Source: Actinomycetota bacterium (GTDB lineage Bacteria; Actinomycetota; Actinomycetes; Nanopelagicales; Nanopelagicaceae). From it: DNA of 64,000 nucleotides. Made by a program: the position numbers and the translations under genes. The stretch spans positions 31,230 to 95,229 of the forward strand of contig CANBSP010000003.1 of assembly GCA_947372165.1 (NCBI GenBank). The letters run 5' to 3'. Below the pieces are notes generated by a model. That model searched no databases. It had not been told where the DNA came from and worked only from the letters and a program-made list of their open reading frames with translations. The stretch's first letter is position 1. The number at the start of each line of letters is the position of its first letter. Positions 1 through 9,227 of this stretch are shown here, piece by piece.

Positions 1-154
1 CCTTAACGACTACAGGTAGGCCGTGCAGTGCCCCCTGGATGGCGTCAGTGGCCGAAGAATGGCCTTCAATCGCAGGTTCGAAAATCTCAACAACCGCATT
101 GAGCTCGCAACCCCTACCTCGAAGGGCGTCATAGATCTCAGTCAGGTTGGACAT
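1..154 (-). CDS. 5' end of an unidentified CDS running off the left edge (MSNLTEIYDALRGRGCELNAVVEIFEPAIEGHSSATDAIQGALHGLPVVVK...)
   Basis: Own minus-strand translation: ATG at 154-152, open to the window edge. It is absent from the ORF track because no stop lies in the window. No family recognised. Confidence 0.3.
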   Translation of the reverse strand, partial: MSNLTEIYDALRGRGCELNAVVEIFEPAIEGHSSATDAIQGALHGLPVVVK

Positions 155-463
155 AGGATGCAAGAGTAAGACCAGATTCCTCTCCTGCAACCTGAATTTA
201 CCTGATGTGTCTTGTTCATGTCTTATCCATGTCATTTTCAAAGTTCATTATTACAACTTTGTAACATCTGCAGGGAATACCCTCCTAGACCAGCCCACCC
301 CAAAAAATCAATCCCATTTACCTAGTGCTATTTGGGGGGTTTTAACATACTCTGTCGTGATTGCAACGAGGTGGATGGTCATTCATCCAGGGCTGACCTC
401 TACTTCGGAAGCAATCTGATGTTTGATCACCTCAAACATTTACCCTCGATAGGAGTGAAATAC

Positions 464-2005
464 ATGGTAACTTCAAAGAAGTCACGTCGAGCGCTTGCAC
501 TCGCTGCGGTGGTCGTCGGTTCTTTGGTTGCAAGCATTTTGCCGGCAAGTGCCGATAATGCTGCACCAAAGGGTGATCTCGTTCTCGTGCGTAATCAGGA
601 TTTTGCAACATTTGATCCAGATCTTGCTCAGAACGATTCGATCTTTCCACAACAACAAATCTACGAAGGCTTGTACCGCGCAAGCACTGATGGAACAAAA
701 ATTGAACCATGGTTGGCGAAGAGCTATACAACTTCAGCTAATGGCCTAACCTGGACATTCAAACTACGCACAGATGTGAAGTTCTCAGATGGAACTCCAT
801 TGACATCAGGCGACGTAAAGTTCTCAATCGATCGCGCAACAAAGGGCGATGGTTGGGGCTTCCTCAACACAGCAATTGCGAGCGTAGATGCTCCTGCAGC
901 TGACACAGTTGTTATCACCACAAAATTCAAGTGGGCACCATTGCTCGCTGACTTGGCTTCTTTCAGCAACTCAATCATGAAGAAGGATTTCGGTGGCGTT
1001 ACAGCTGCTGAATACTTCAAGGCACCAATTGGTACCGGTCCATTCATGTTTGACCACTGGACACCAGGTACAGAGCTTAAGCTCGTCGCCAATAAGAAGT
1101 ACTGGCAGCCAGGAAAGCCTTACCTCAACTCTGTAACATGGAAGTACGTTGTCGATGACAACACTCGTGAGTTCATGCTCAAGGGCGGACAGGCTGATAT
1201 CAATGAAGAGCCACCAGCAGCGACTATCAAGTCATTGCAGGCTTCTCCAAATATCAAGGTAGGTATTTTCCCTGCTGCTGCATCAAACTTCCTCGCCTTC
1301 AACCACAAGGTTCCAGCACTTTCAGATGTCCACGTTCGTCGCGCAATCTCTTACGCAATCGACCGTGCTGCCATCAGCAAAGTTGTCTTCTCTGGCCTTG
1401 CAACACCTTCTAACTCATTCCTTGCTCCAGGAGTTCAGTTCTACGATAAGACAACTCCAGGACAGCAATTTGATCTCAAGAAGGCTGCTGCCGAACTGAA
1501 GATGAGTAAGTATGCAAAGGGTCTCAAGCTTGACCTTCTTATCCGTGGCGGAAATAAGACACATGAAGCAACTGCTTCAATTGTCCAAGCTGCGCTCAAG
1601 AAGATCGGCGTAACTATGACCATCACAGCTCAGGAGCCATCAGTTCAGCGTGCAACGCAGAAGAAGATGGAATACCAGATGACACTTACAGCTTGGACCA
1701 TGGATATCGTGGATCCAGATGAGTTGTTGACATTTGGTTTGACTCCAGATGGCGGAACACACGCTTACTTCACCAACTACAACAATGCTGCTGTCAATGC
1801 TGCTGTTGTTAAGGGACAGACAAACGTGGATCCAAAGGTACGTCAGGCTGCATACTCCTTCGTTCAGAAGCAGACTGCAGAAGATGCATTTATGGCATTC
1901 ACAGTTAACCCACCGTACCTCTATGCATGGACTAACAAAATCACTGGATTCTATGTTAATCCGTTGTATACCTATCGTATGGAAGATGTAAAGAAGGCTA
2001 GCTAA
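464..2005 (+). CDS. ABC transporter substrate-binding protein, family 5 (peptide/nickel, DppA/OppA type)
   Basis: ORF 332..2005 trimmed to ATG 464, which follows AGGAG at 451-455. The N-terminus MVTSKKSRRALALAAVVVGSLVASILPASA is a signal peptide with a twin-Arg. Length and body are typical of family-5 SBPs, and the gene sits first in an ABC operon. Confidence 0.85.
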   Translation: MVTSKKSRRALALAAVVVGSLVASILPASADNAAPKGDLVLVRNQDFATFDPDLAQNDSIFPQQQIYEGLYRASTDGTKIEPWLAKSYTTSANGLTWTFKLRTDVKFSDGTPLTSGDVKFSIDRATKGDGWGFLNTAIASVDAPAADTVVITTKFKWAPLLADLASFSNSIMKKDFGGVTAAEYFKAPIGTGPFMFDHWTPGTELKLVANKKYWQPGKPYLNSVTWKYVVDDNTREFMLKGGQADINEEPPAATIKSLQASPNIKVGIFPAAASNFLAFNHKVPALSDVHVRRAISYAIDRAAISKVVFSGLATPSNSFLAPGVQFYDKTTPGQQFDLKKAAAELKMSKYAKGLKLDLLIRGGNKTHEATASIVQAALKKIGVTMTITAQEPSVQRATQKKMEYQMTLTAWTMDIVDPDELLTFGLTPDGGTHAYFTNYNNAAVNAAVVKGQTNVDPKVRQAAYSFVQKQTAEDAFMAFTVNPPYLYAWTNKITGFYVNPLYTYRMEDVKKAS

Positions 2006-2057
2006 AGCTCATTCAGCTTTTAGCTATCTTCACATCGTCTAAAGAGTAAAAAAGAAG

Positions 2058-2077
2058 GGCCAACTTCTTGGTTGGCC
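2058..2077 (+). promoter_or_regulatory. Intercistronic stem-loop after the binding-protein gene (ggccaac-ttcttg-gttggcc), no T-tract
   Basis: A 7-bp perfect stem with a 6-nt loop lies in the 105-nt gap between the SBP and the first permease gene. This position is typical of mRNA-stabilising or partial-termination hairpins in ABC operons. Confidence 0.3.
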
Positions 2078-2110
2078 TCACTGATACACGAGAGAACGGG
2101 TTTCATCTAA

Positions 2111-3052
2111 GTGAGTTATTTATCGTATGTAGGTAAACGACTACTTCAAATGATTCCCGTTCTCTTTGGTATTTCGATTGCTGTCTTTGCGATCGTGCAT
2201 TCAATTCCTGGAGACCCGGCAGATGTCTTGTTGGGGCAGAATGCCACTCCAGCCAAGATCAAGATCATTAATCACCAACTGGGAATTGATCGCCCGCTCA
2301 TCATTCAATATTTCAATTTTGTCTCTGATATTTTTCATGGATCCTTAGGGATCAGTTTCTATAACCATGAGCCTGTCTTCTCATTGATTCTGGCTCGGTT
2401 ACCAATGACGGGAATGCTCCTGACCGGAGGTGTCCTACTCTCCATCCTGATCGCCCTGCCACTCTCGATTTTGGCTGCTTCAAAGCGTGGCGCACTGCGC
2501 GACCAAGTAGTCCGAGCAATTCCCATTATCGGATTGGGCATGCCGCAGGTCTGGGTCGGCGTGATGTTGATTCTCTTATTCGGACTTAAATTTCAAATCT
2601 TCCCGGTATCTGGCTTCGGCGATACCTTCCCAGAACGTCTTCGTTCTATCTTTCTCCCGTCACTCACAATTGCGATCCTTCTCTCGCCAATTCTCATTCG
2701 AAGCCTCAGGGCGAGCATGCTAGAAATTTTGGATTCGGATTATGTCCTCACGGCCCGATCTAAAGGAATTTCCACTGCTCGTATCACCCGAGTGCATGTA
2801 CTCAGAAATGCCATCATCGCTTCCGTAACCGTTCTTGGTATCAATATCGCTTACCTTGTTGGATCTATGGTCGTCGTTGAAAGAGTTTTTGCAATGGCGG
2901 GTACTGGTTCGCTGATGGTTGATTCCATTGCCCGCCGCGACTACCCAATTGTCCAAGGGGTTACCTTGTATTTTGCAGTTGTTGTTGTCATCGTCAGTTT
3001 GATAACCGATTTGATCCATGCAGCTCTCGATCCACGGGTGGTTCTCAAATGA
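2111..3052 (+). CDS. Peptide ABC transporter permease (DppB/OppB type)
   Basis: GTG start. The N-terminus MSYLSYVGKRLLQMIPVLFGISIAVFAIVHSIPGDP is the characteristic DppB-type start. Multiple TM segments. Same operon. Confidence 0.9.
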   Translation: MSYLSYVGKRLLQMIPVLFGISIAVFAIVHSIPGDPADVLLGQNATPAKIKIINHQLGIDRPLIIQYFNFVSDIFHGSLGISFYNHEPVFSLILARLPMTGMLLTGGVLLSILIALPLSILAASKRGALRDQVVRAIPIIGLGMPQVWVGVMLILLFGLKFQIFPVSGFGDTFPERLRSIFLPSLTIAILLSPILIRSLRASMLEILDSDYVLTARSKGISTARITRVHVLRNAIIASVTVLGINIAYLVGSMVVVERVFAMAGTGSLMVDSIARRDYPIVQGVTLYFAVVVVIVSLITDLIHAALDPRVVLK

Positions 3053-3846
3053 AATCTTCTAAGACGCTTTATGTTGGGGCGGGCATGCTGGGATTGCTGG
3101 CACTCGTTGCGATCTTTGCACCTCTCATTAGCCACTATGACCCAACAGAGCAAGATTTAATGAATACTCTGCTTGGGCCATCGATCCATCACTGGGTTGG
3201 CACAGATCCGCTTGGGCGCGATGTATTTACTCGTCTGATTTATGGTGCTCGCGTTGATCTTGCAATTGGCTTATCAGCAGTTATTTTGCCGTACATCATT
3301 GGCGTCTGTTTGGGTCTACTCAGCGCCTGGAAGGGTGGCAAGACAGACTCATTCATCATGCGTATCGTCGATACCTTCCTTGCCTTCCCGTTCTACGTTT
3401 TAGCTATCGCCCTTGTCTTCATCTTTGGCCCAGGAATTAAGAGCATTATCGTTGCCATCACATTAGGTGGATGGGTGGCCTACTGCCGCATCGTGCGATC
3501 AAATGTGCTTGTCGCCAAAGAACAGGACTACATTCATGCAGCAAGGCTTACCGGCCTTCCTGACCGGCGCATCCTCTTTCGTCACATGCTTCCCAACGTG
3601 ATCTCGCAATCCATTGTCTTTGCGATGAGCGATATTGTTCTGAGTATCTTGGCCATCGTCTCGCTGGGATATTTAGGGCTCGGCGTTCCAGTTCCTACCG
3701 CTGAGTGGGGATCAATGATCCAAGAAGGACAGCCTTACATCACTCAACAATGGTGGCTCGCAACAGTTCCTGGCCTCATGGTTGTTTATGTTGGACTCTC
3801 TTTATCGCTCATTGGTGATGGCCTCGTAGCAAGGTTGGAGCGTTAA
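3049..3846 (+). CDS. Peptide ABC transporter permease (DppC/OppC type)
   Basis: ATGA start/stop overlap with the upstream permease. Polytopic membrane protein of DppC length and layout. Confidence 0.9.
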   Translation: MKSSKTLYVGAGMLGLLALVAIFAPLISHYDPTEQDLMNTLLGPSIHHWVGTDPLGRDVFTRLIYGARVDLAIGLSAVILPYIIGVCLGLLSAWKGGKTDSFIMRIVDTFLAFPFYVLAIALVFIFGPGIKSIIVAITLGGWVAYCRIVRSNVLVAKEQDYIHAARLTGLPDRRILFRHMLPNVISQSIVFAMSDIVLSILAIVSLGYLGLGVPVPTAEWGSMIQEGQPYITQQWWLATVPGLMVVYVGLSLSLIGDGLVARLER

Positions 3847-4857
3847 ATGAACCCGCCACTAATTTCGGTCCAGAATCTGACCGTCGAAATCAAAACTGGT
3901 CGGGGACTCTTAAAGGCGATCCGAGGCGTCAGCTTCGATGTCAATCCAGGCGATGCAATTGGCATTGTGGGCGAGTCAGGAAGCGGTAAATCAATTACCC
4001 TTAAAGCGATTCTTGATCTACTGCCAACAAATGCTCGAGTAACCGGTGGCAAGATCTTCATTAACGGCCAAGATGTATCTGCGCTCAAGCCTAAAGCTCG
4101 TCGAGCATTGCTCTCCGAAAACTGTGCCATGATTTTTCAGGATGCAATTGCTGCACTCAATCCGGTGATCAAGATTGGTGACCAGATTGCAGAAGTCCCT
4201 CGCTATCGACTCGGCAAGAGCGAAGAAGAGTCGAAGAATATTGCGCTGACTTTGATGGCAAAGGTCGGTATCACCGATGGCGAATCTCGATACGATCTCT
4301 ATCCGCATCAATTATCAGGCGGCTTACGTCAACGTGTGGCGATTGCCATCGCGCTATCGGGCGATCCCAAGATTCTCTTCTGCGACGAACCAACGACTGC
4401 TCTCGATGTCACAATCCAAGCCCAGGTACTGCGGTTACTGAAAGAGCTTCGCGAAAATTCCGGGCTAGGAATTGTTTTTGTCACACACGATCTCGCAGTG
4501 GTGAATGAGCTCTGCGACGACATTAAGGTGATGTACGCAGGAAAATTGGTAGAGACTGGCACAGTTGAGAATGTCTTCACTCGCCCAACCCATCCCTACA
4601 CATTCTCTCTCCTCAAGGCAGCGCCAGACCCTGATAAGGCCGTTCATAGACTCTTCACGATCTCTGGCGAAGCCCCTAATCTCACCCAACCAGTCACTGC
4701 CTGCCCATTTGCACCTCGTTGCTTTGCAGCATCAGACCAATGTCAATCATCAGAACCCGAACTTCTTCCAATGGCTCAATCAATGAGTGCTTGCTTCCAT
4801 AGCGAGAACCACGTGAACTGGGCTTCTGAAGATTCACAGAAAAGCGTGGCCCGATGA
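3847..4857 (+). CDS. Peptide ABC transporter ATP-binding protein (DppD/OppD type)
   Basis: Walker A GESGSGKS, signature LSGGLRQR, Walker B ILFCDEPTTALD. Has the C-terminal oligopeptide-type extension. Confidence 0.92.
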   Translation: MNPPLISVQNLTVEIKTGRGLLKAIRGVSFDVNPGDAIGIVGESGSGKSITLKAILDLLPTNARVTGGKIFINGQDVSALKPKARRALLSENCAMIFQDAIAALNPVIKIGDQIAEVPRYRLGKSEEESKNIALTLMAKVGITDGESRYDLYPHQLSGGLRQRVAIAIALSGDPKILFCDEPTTALDVTIQAQVLRLLKELRENSGLGIVFVTHDLAVVNELCDDIKVMYAGKLVETGTVENVFTRPTHPYTFSLLKAAPDPDKAVHRLFTISGEAPNLTQPVTACPFAPRCFAASDQCQSSEPELLPMAQSMSACFHSENHVNWASEDSQKSVAR

Positions 4858-5849
4858 CAACTACAAGCACTCAATCAGCAACCCCGACGGTTATTCAGGC
4901 GAAAGATGTCGTCAAGCATTTTGCCAAGCGTCAATCTCTCTTCGATCGCCTAAGAAAGAGAGAAGTCTTTAACGTCCCAGCTGTCGATGGGGTCTCCCTT
5001 CACATGGTGGCAGGGGAGACGCTTGGACTCGTTGGTGAATCTGGATGCGGAAAATCTACGCTCGGACGAACCTTGGTGGGGCTTTATACAACGTCATCTG
5101 GGAGTATCGAACTCGGCGGAAAAGTTGTTGGTGAAGAACGCACCCTGGAAGAACGTCGCAATGTGCAGATGGTCTTCCAAGATCCGTTCTCTTCCTTGAA
5201 TCCAAGAATGACTGTCGGGCAGGTGCTTCGTGAAGCAATCACCTTCCACAAACTTGTCCCTGACGATAAAGTCGAAGAGCGATGCCTAGAACTTCTCTCA
5301 CTCGTTGGACTTCCAAAGGACTCACTAGATTCCTACCCCCGCCAGTTTTCAGGGGGACAGCGCCAGCGGATCGGAATTGCTCGCTCACTGGCTCTTGAAC
5401 CAAAGATCTTAATCGCAGATGAAGTTGTTTCAGCGCTGGATGTCTCTGTTCAAGCTTCGGTCGTCAATTTGTTGATGGATTTAAAGCGGGATCTTGGGCT
5501 CACAATGCTCTTCATCTCACACAACATTGCTGTGGTGCGTCAAGTAAGTGATCGCATCGCCGTTATGTATTTAGGTCGGATCGTAGAGACAGGTACTACG
5601 GAGGAAGTCTTCAATAATCCATCTCATCCTTATACCCAACTGTTATTGAGCTCTGTCCCAAAGATGACATCTGGCTCCCAGATCTCCAAGGCTCCTAGCG
5701 GTGAATTGCAATCAATCAAGAGCGCTCTTGTCGGATGCCGCTTTCGGAGTCGTTGCCCAATCGCTACGCCTGAATGTGCAACTACTGACCCGATGTTGGT
5801 ACAGATTGGTTCAACGAATCACCAAGCTGCTTGCATCAATCTAAAGTAA
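4854..5849 (+). CDS. Peptide ABC transporter ATP-binding protein (DppF/OppF type)
   Basis: Walker A GESGCGKST, signature FSGGQRQR, Walker B ILIADEVVSALD. ATGA overlap with the upstream ATPase. Confidence 0.92.
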   Translation: MTTTSTQSATPTVIQAKDVVKHFAKRQSLFDRLRKREVFNVPAVDGVSLHMVAGETLGLVGESGCGKSTLGRTLVGLYTTSSGSIELGGKVVGEERTLEERRNVQMVFQDPFSSLNPRMTVGQVLREAITFHKLVPDDKVEERCLELLSLVGLPKDSLDSYPRQFSGGQRQRIGIARSLALEPKILIADEVVSALDVSVQASVVNLLMDLKRDLGLTMLFISHNIAVVRQVSDRIAVMYLGRIVETGTTEEVFNNPSHPYTQLLLSSVPKMTSGSQISKAPSGELQSIKSALVGCRFRSRCPIATPECATTDPMLVQIGSTNHQAACINLK

Positions 5850-5879
5850 GAACAGATCACGAAAAGAGAGAAGGCGAAC

Positions 5880-6833
5880 GTGTCAGAGATTGTGATTATC
5901 GGAAGCGAACGAAGCGAGGCGGGGATTCCGGCTGCGATGGAGATTCTGCGCCGAGGTGGGTCAGCGATTGAAGCCGTAGAGCGTGGACTTATGGTCTGCG
6001 AAGATAACCTTGCCGATCATTATGTGGGAACTGGTGGGTTGCCCAATGCCCGTGGAATTGTCGAACTAGATGCATCCATCATGGTGGGATCGACCCGCGC
6101 TTTTGGAGCAGTCGGTGCAGTCAAGAACTTCCCGAATCCAATCTCAATTGCGCGCGCTGTCATGGAGAAGTTGCCACAGCATGCCTTGCTCGTAGGAGAA
6201 GGTGCAGAGGCTTTCGCCGATTCCCTCAGTTTTGCCCGAGCAGAACTCCTCACCGCTGAAGCCCGCGAACTCTGGCTCGAGCAACTTCGGAATATTCCGA
6301 AGGAGTCAATCGAAGGTGAGAATACGAAGGCCATGACGGGTGATCTCCGTTATCGCTTAGCTGCGATTGAATTAGTGAAGAAATTTGCACCACATGAAGG
6401 CCCATGGGGAACGATCAACATCATTGCAAAGGATCGTTCAGGTGAGATTGTTTGCGGCGTGAGCACCAGTGGCTACCCTTACAAGCATCCGGGCCGGGTT
6501 GGAGATTCATCTATTCCTGGAGCTGGAAATTACGCAGATATTCGATACGGAGCTGCCGCATGTACTGGTCGAGGCGAACTTTCACTTCGAAGTGGCACTG
6601 CACGAACCGTTGTTGAAAATATTCGTCATGGCATGAGCGCAGAAGATGCCTGTATGGAAGCGCTCAAAGAAGCCCGTGATCTCCCAGATGATTTCCGCGC
6701 CGAACTCCGTTGCCTGGCTCTCACCGCAGATGGTGCACATGGTGGCGCCGCGGGCATGGAGGGATCTACTTACACACTTATGACAGAAAGTTCGACCGAA
6801 CCCGAGTTCCGACCACGAAAGGCACTACTATGA
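5880..6833 (+). CDS. Ntn-hydrolase of the asparaginase_2 family (isoaspartyl peptidase / L-asparaginase / glycosylasparaginase-like)
   Basis: A candidate autoprocessing site and nucleophile lie in GPWG-TINIIAKD. GRVGDSSIPGAGNYAD and AACTGRGE resemble the conserved family motifs. Confidence 0.75.
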   Translation: MSEIVIIGSERSEAGIPAAMEILRRGGSAIEAVERGLMVCEDNLADHYVGTGGLPNARGIVELDASIMVGSTRAFGAVGAVKNFPNPISIARAVMEKLPQHALLVGEGAEAFADSLSFARAELLTAEARELWLEQLRNIPKESIEGENTKAMTGDLRYRLAAIELVKKFAPHEGPWGTINIIAKDRSGEIVCGVSTSGYPYKHPGRVGDSSIPGAGNYADIRYGAAACTGRGELSLRSGTARTVVENIRHGMSAEDACMEALKEARDLPDDFRAELRCLALTADGAHGGAAGMEGSTYTLMTESSTEPEFRPRKALL

Positions 6834-7657
6834 AAATCTACATCAGCTCGGATATGGAAGGCACTGCAGGCGTTGTCGATTGGAGCCAATGCTTGCATGG
6901 CAATCCTGAATACGGTTACTATCGCGAACTTCTTCAGAATGAAGTCAATGCAAGTATCGAAGGTGCGTTAGCAGCCGGAGCGACAGAATTTCTTGTGAAC
7001 GATTCCCATTCGACTATGCAGAACCTCAAGCCAGCAACCCTCGCCGGAAATGCTCGATACCTATCAGGTAAGCACAAGCCGCTCTACATGATGCAAGGCC
7101 TGGATAGCTCATTTGATGCAATCTTCTTCGTGAGCTATCACGGCTCGATGAGCAGCGATAATTCTGTACTTTCACATACCTATAACCCACGCGCAATCGC
7201 TGATATCAAGCTCAATGGCAAGATCGTCTCAGAGGCCGGTCTCAATAGCCTCGTCGCACAGCATTATGGGGTTCCGATTGTTCTTGTTACAGGCGATGAG
7301 ACAACCCGCATCGAGACCGAACTCTGGTCACCTGATGTTCGCTCTGCTGTTGTGAAAGAGAGCATTTCGCGCTTTGCTGCAAATTCCATGCATCCGGTCC
7401 AAGCATGCGAGCTCATTAAAGAGAAGGCAAAGGATGCAGTGTCGAACCTGGCAGCAATTCGTAAGCCCGAGATCACTCTTCCAGCAACGATCGAAATCCA
7501 CTTCCACAATGGTGACTATGCCGAACAAGCAACGTGGATTCCAGGAACAACCAGAACCGGTGCTAAGACGGTTGAACTCACAGGTTCAGATCCGCTTGAA
7601 CTCTTTAGACGTTTTGTCGCAACTGTCTTTCTCAGCCGCACAATTGTTGAACAGTAA
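6830..7657 (+). CDS. D-aminopeptidase, peptidase family M55 (DppA type)
   Basis: ORF 6710..7657 trimmed to ATG 6830 (ATGA overlap with the upstream stop). MKIYISSDMEGTAGVVDW is the typical M55 N-terminus. Confidence 0.8.
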   Translation: MKIYISSDMEGTAGVVDWSQCLHGNPEYGYYRELLQNEVNASIEGALAAGATEFLVNDSHSTMQNLKPATLAGNARYLSGKHKPLYMMQGLDSSFDAIFFVSYHGSMSSDNSVLSHTYNPRAIADIKLNGKIVSEAGLNSLVAQHYGVPIVLVTGDETTRIETELWSPDVRSAVVKESISRFAANSMHPVQACELIKEKAKDAVSNLAAIRKPEITLPATIEIHFHNGDYAEQATWIPGTTRTGAKTVELTGSDPLELFRRFVATVFLSRTIVEQ

Positions 7658-7666
7658 GGATCCACG

Positions 7667-8470
7667 ATGACTGATCTCAAAGGAAAGGTTGCCATTGTTA
7701 CTGGTTCTGGAAACGGAATCGGACGCGCAACTGTTAAGAAGTTGGCAGAGTCAGGCGCAAGTGTGACTGTCTCAGATGTGCTCCCTGAAGATGGCGAACG
7801 CACTGTGGCAGAGATCATTGCTGCGGGTGGAAAGGCGATCTTTGTACGTGCAGATGTCTCTCAAGAGGCGGATGTGAAAAATCTGATCGACACAACAGTC
7901 AACACATATGGCGGCCTTGATATTTTGATTAATAACGCTGGTGTTGGAGGCGGTCAGTTACGGACGCACGAGATCGAGCTCGATGAATTTATGCGAGTGA
8001 TGGCGGTGAATGTTGGAGGTACTTTCCTCTGTACTAAGTATGCGCTTCCACATTTCTTGAAGCAGCGCGATGGCAGAATCGTCAATATCGCTTCGACCTA
8101 TGGATTAATTGGTGCACCTAAGGCTGCCGCCTACTGTGCCTCAAAAGGTGCGATTATCAACTACACCAGGCAGTTGACTGTGGATTATGCGCCGGATGGC
8201 ATCCGTATCAATGCGATCTGCCCCGGTTATATCGATACGAGTTTGGGACGTCGACGCGCCACATTGGCTCCAGGTGAGCTAGAAGCAGCGATTGCACGTC
8301 GCGAGAAGGCCGCGTCGATGCAGCCAATCGGTCGACAAGCTCAACCTATTGAGGTCGCAAATGTTGCAGCATTCCTGGTCTCAGATGATGCATCATTCAT
8401 GACAGGTTCAATCGTCACAGTAGATGGTGGTTGCGTGACAACCTTCAACTACGGCGAAGCCTCGAACTAA
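7667..8470 (+). CDS. Short-chain dehydrogenase/reductase (classical SDR)
   Basis: TGSGNGIG (TGxxxGxG), NNAG and YCASK (YxxxK) motifs. Confidence 0.9.
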   Translation: MTDLKGKVAIVTGSGNGIGRATVKKLAESGASVTVSDVLPEDGERTVAEIIAAGGKAIFVRADVSQEADVKNLIDTTVNTYGGLDILINNAGVGGGQLRTHEIELDEFMRVMAVNVGGTFLCTKYALPHFLKQRDGRIVNIASTYGLIGAPKAAAYCASKGAIINYTRQLTVDYAPDGIRINAICPGYIDTSLGRRRATLAPGELEAAIARREKAASMQPIGRQAQPIEVANVAAFLVSDDASFMTGSIVTVDGGCVTTFNYGEASN

Positions 8471-9196
8471 TTACTTAGTAGCAACTACTTTGTAAGTCTC
8501 GGCAAATCGTCCTTCGGGAAGGCCCACAGCCTTTGCATTAATGGCGCCCCATTCACGGATTCGCTCGGCCATTGCATCCATGTCGGAGATTTGGCTGACA
8601 TGTTCGCGTAGGGCACCGATCTTGCGATCGATGGTGCTCGTTGTATCCACGTAATGATCATTGAACTCATTCGTCATAACCCATGCCTCTGAGACGTTCC
8701 ACGGCTCGAGACCTTCATCATTGAGTAGATCCGGGAAGGCGAAGGGATTACCGCAATCGGGATAGACCGCCTGCATCGCAGCTTCAGCTGCCGCCAGATG
8801 ATCAGGATGTGATGCAAAGATCCGGTCGTAGTTGCGCTCTGGACTCTGCACAACGAGGCGCTGTGGTCGGACCTTACGGATGATGCGGACGATATCTTTG
8901 CGCAGGCCAATGGTGGGCTCGAGCAGCCCATCGTGATAGTTCAAGAAGTGGATATCGCTTACGCCAAGTACCCGACCAGCGTTGGTCTGTTCGCGTTGGC
9001 GAGTCTTGCGCATCTCATCGCGAGAGACGGTCAGGTCGCTGCCACCCTGGTCACCATTGGTGCAGATCGCGTAGGAAACTTTGATTCCGGCATCTGTCCA
9101 TTGGGCGATCGTGGCGCCTGCGCCAAAATCAAGATCGTCGGGGTGCGCGGTGACGAAGAGAATTCTCTCAACGTCCTTATCGTCCATCGGTGGCAT
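8471..9196 (-). CDS. PIG-L / LmbE family deacetylase
   Basis: VTAHPDDLDFGAG (AHPDD motif) and a later HPDH. 241 aa. Its stop abuts the SDR stop with no spacer. Confidence 0.8.
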   Translation of the reverse strand: MPPMDDKDVERILFVTAHPDDLDFGAGATIAQWTDAGIKVSYAICTNGDQGGSDLTVSRDEMRKTRQREQTNAGRVLGVSDIHFLNYHDGLLEPTIGLRKDIVRIIRKVRPQRLVVQSPERNYDRIFASHPDHLAAAEAAMQAVYPDCGNPFAFPDLLNDEGLEPWNVSEAWVMTNEFNDHYVDTTSTIDRKIGALREHVSQISDMDAMAERIREWGAINAKAVGLPEGRFAETYKVVATK

Positions 9197-9215
9197 GCTC
9201 GTCCTATCTCGGGTC

Positions 9216-9221
9216 TATGCT
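9216..9221 (+). promoter_or_regulatory. -10-like hexamer TATGCT, 6 nt upstream of GTG 9228 (candidate leaderless pcrA promoter)
   Basis: TANNNT followed by a 6-nt spacer (cgcctc) and then an in-frame GTG. No Shine-Dalgarno sequence between them. Confidence 0.35.
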
Positions 9222-9227
9222 CGCCTC

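Noticed and set aside
332-463. Long N-terminal extensions offered by the ORF track: 332-463, 6710-6829, 9081-9194, 27830-27955, 27940-27978, 31899-32048 (minus), 31899-31937, 33250-33405, 34377-34445, 47951-48133, 51775-51807, 59229-59264, 60531-60548, 62179-62232
   Set aside because: In each case a downstream start gives the canonical family N-terminus or a signal peptide. That start is preceded by an RBS or a -10-N6 motif, and/or it removes an implausible overlap with the neighbouring gene. The extended parts have no family similarity.
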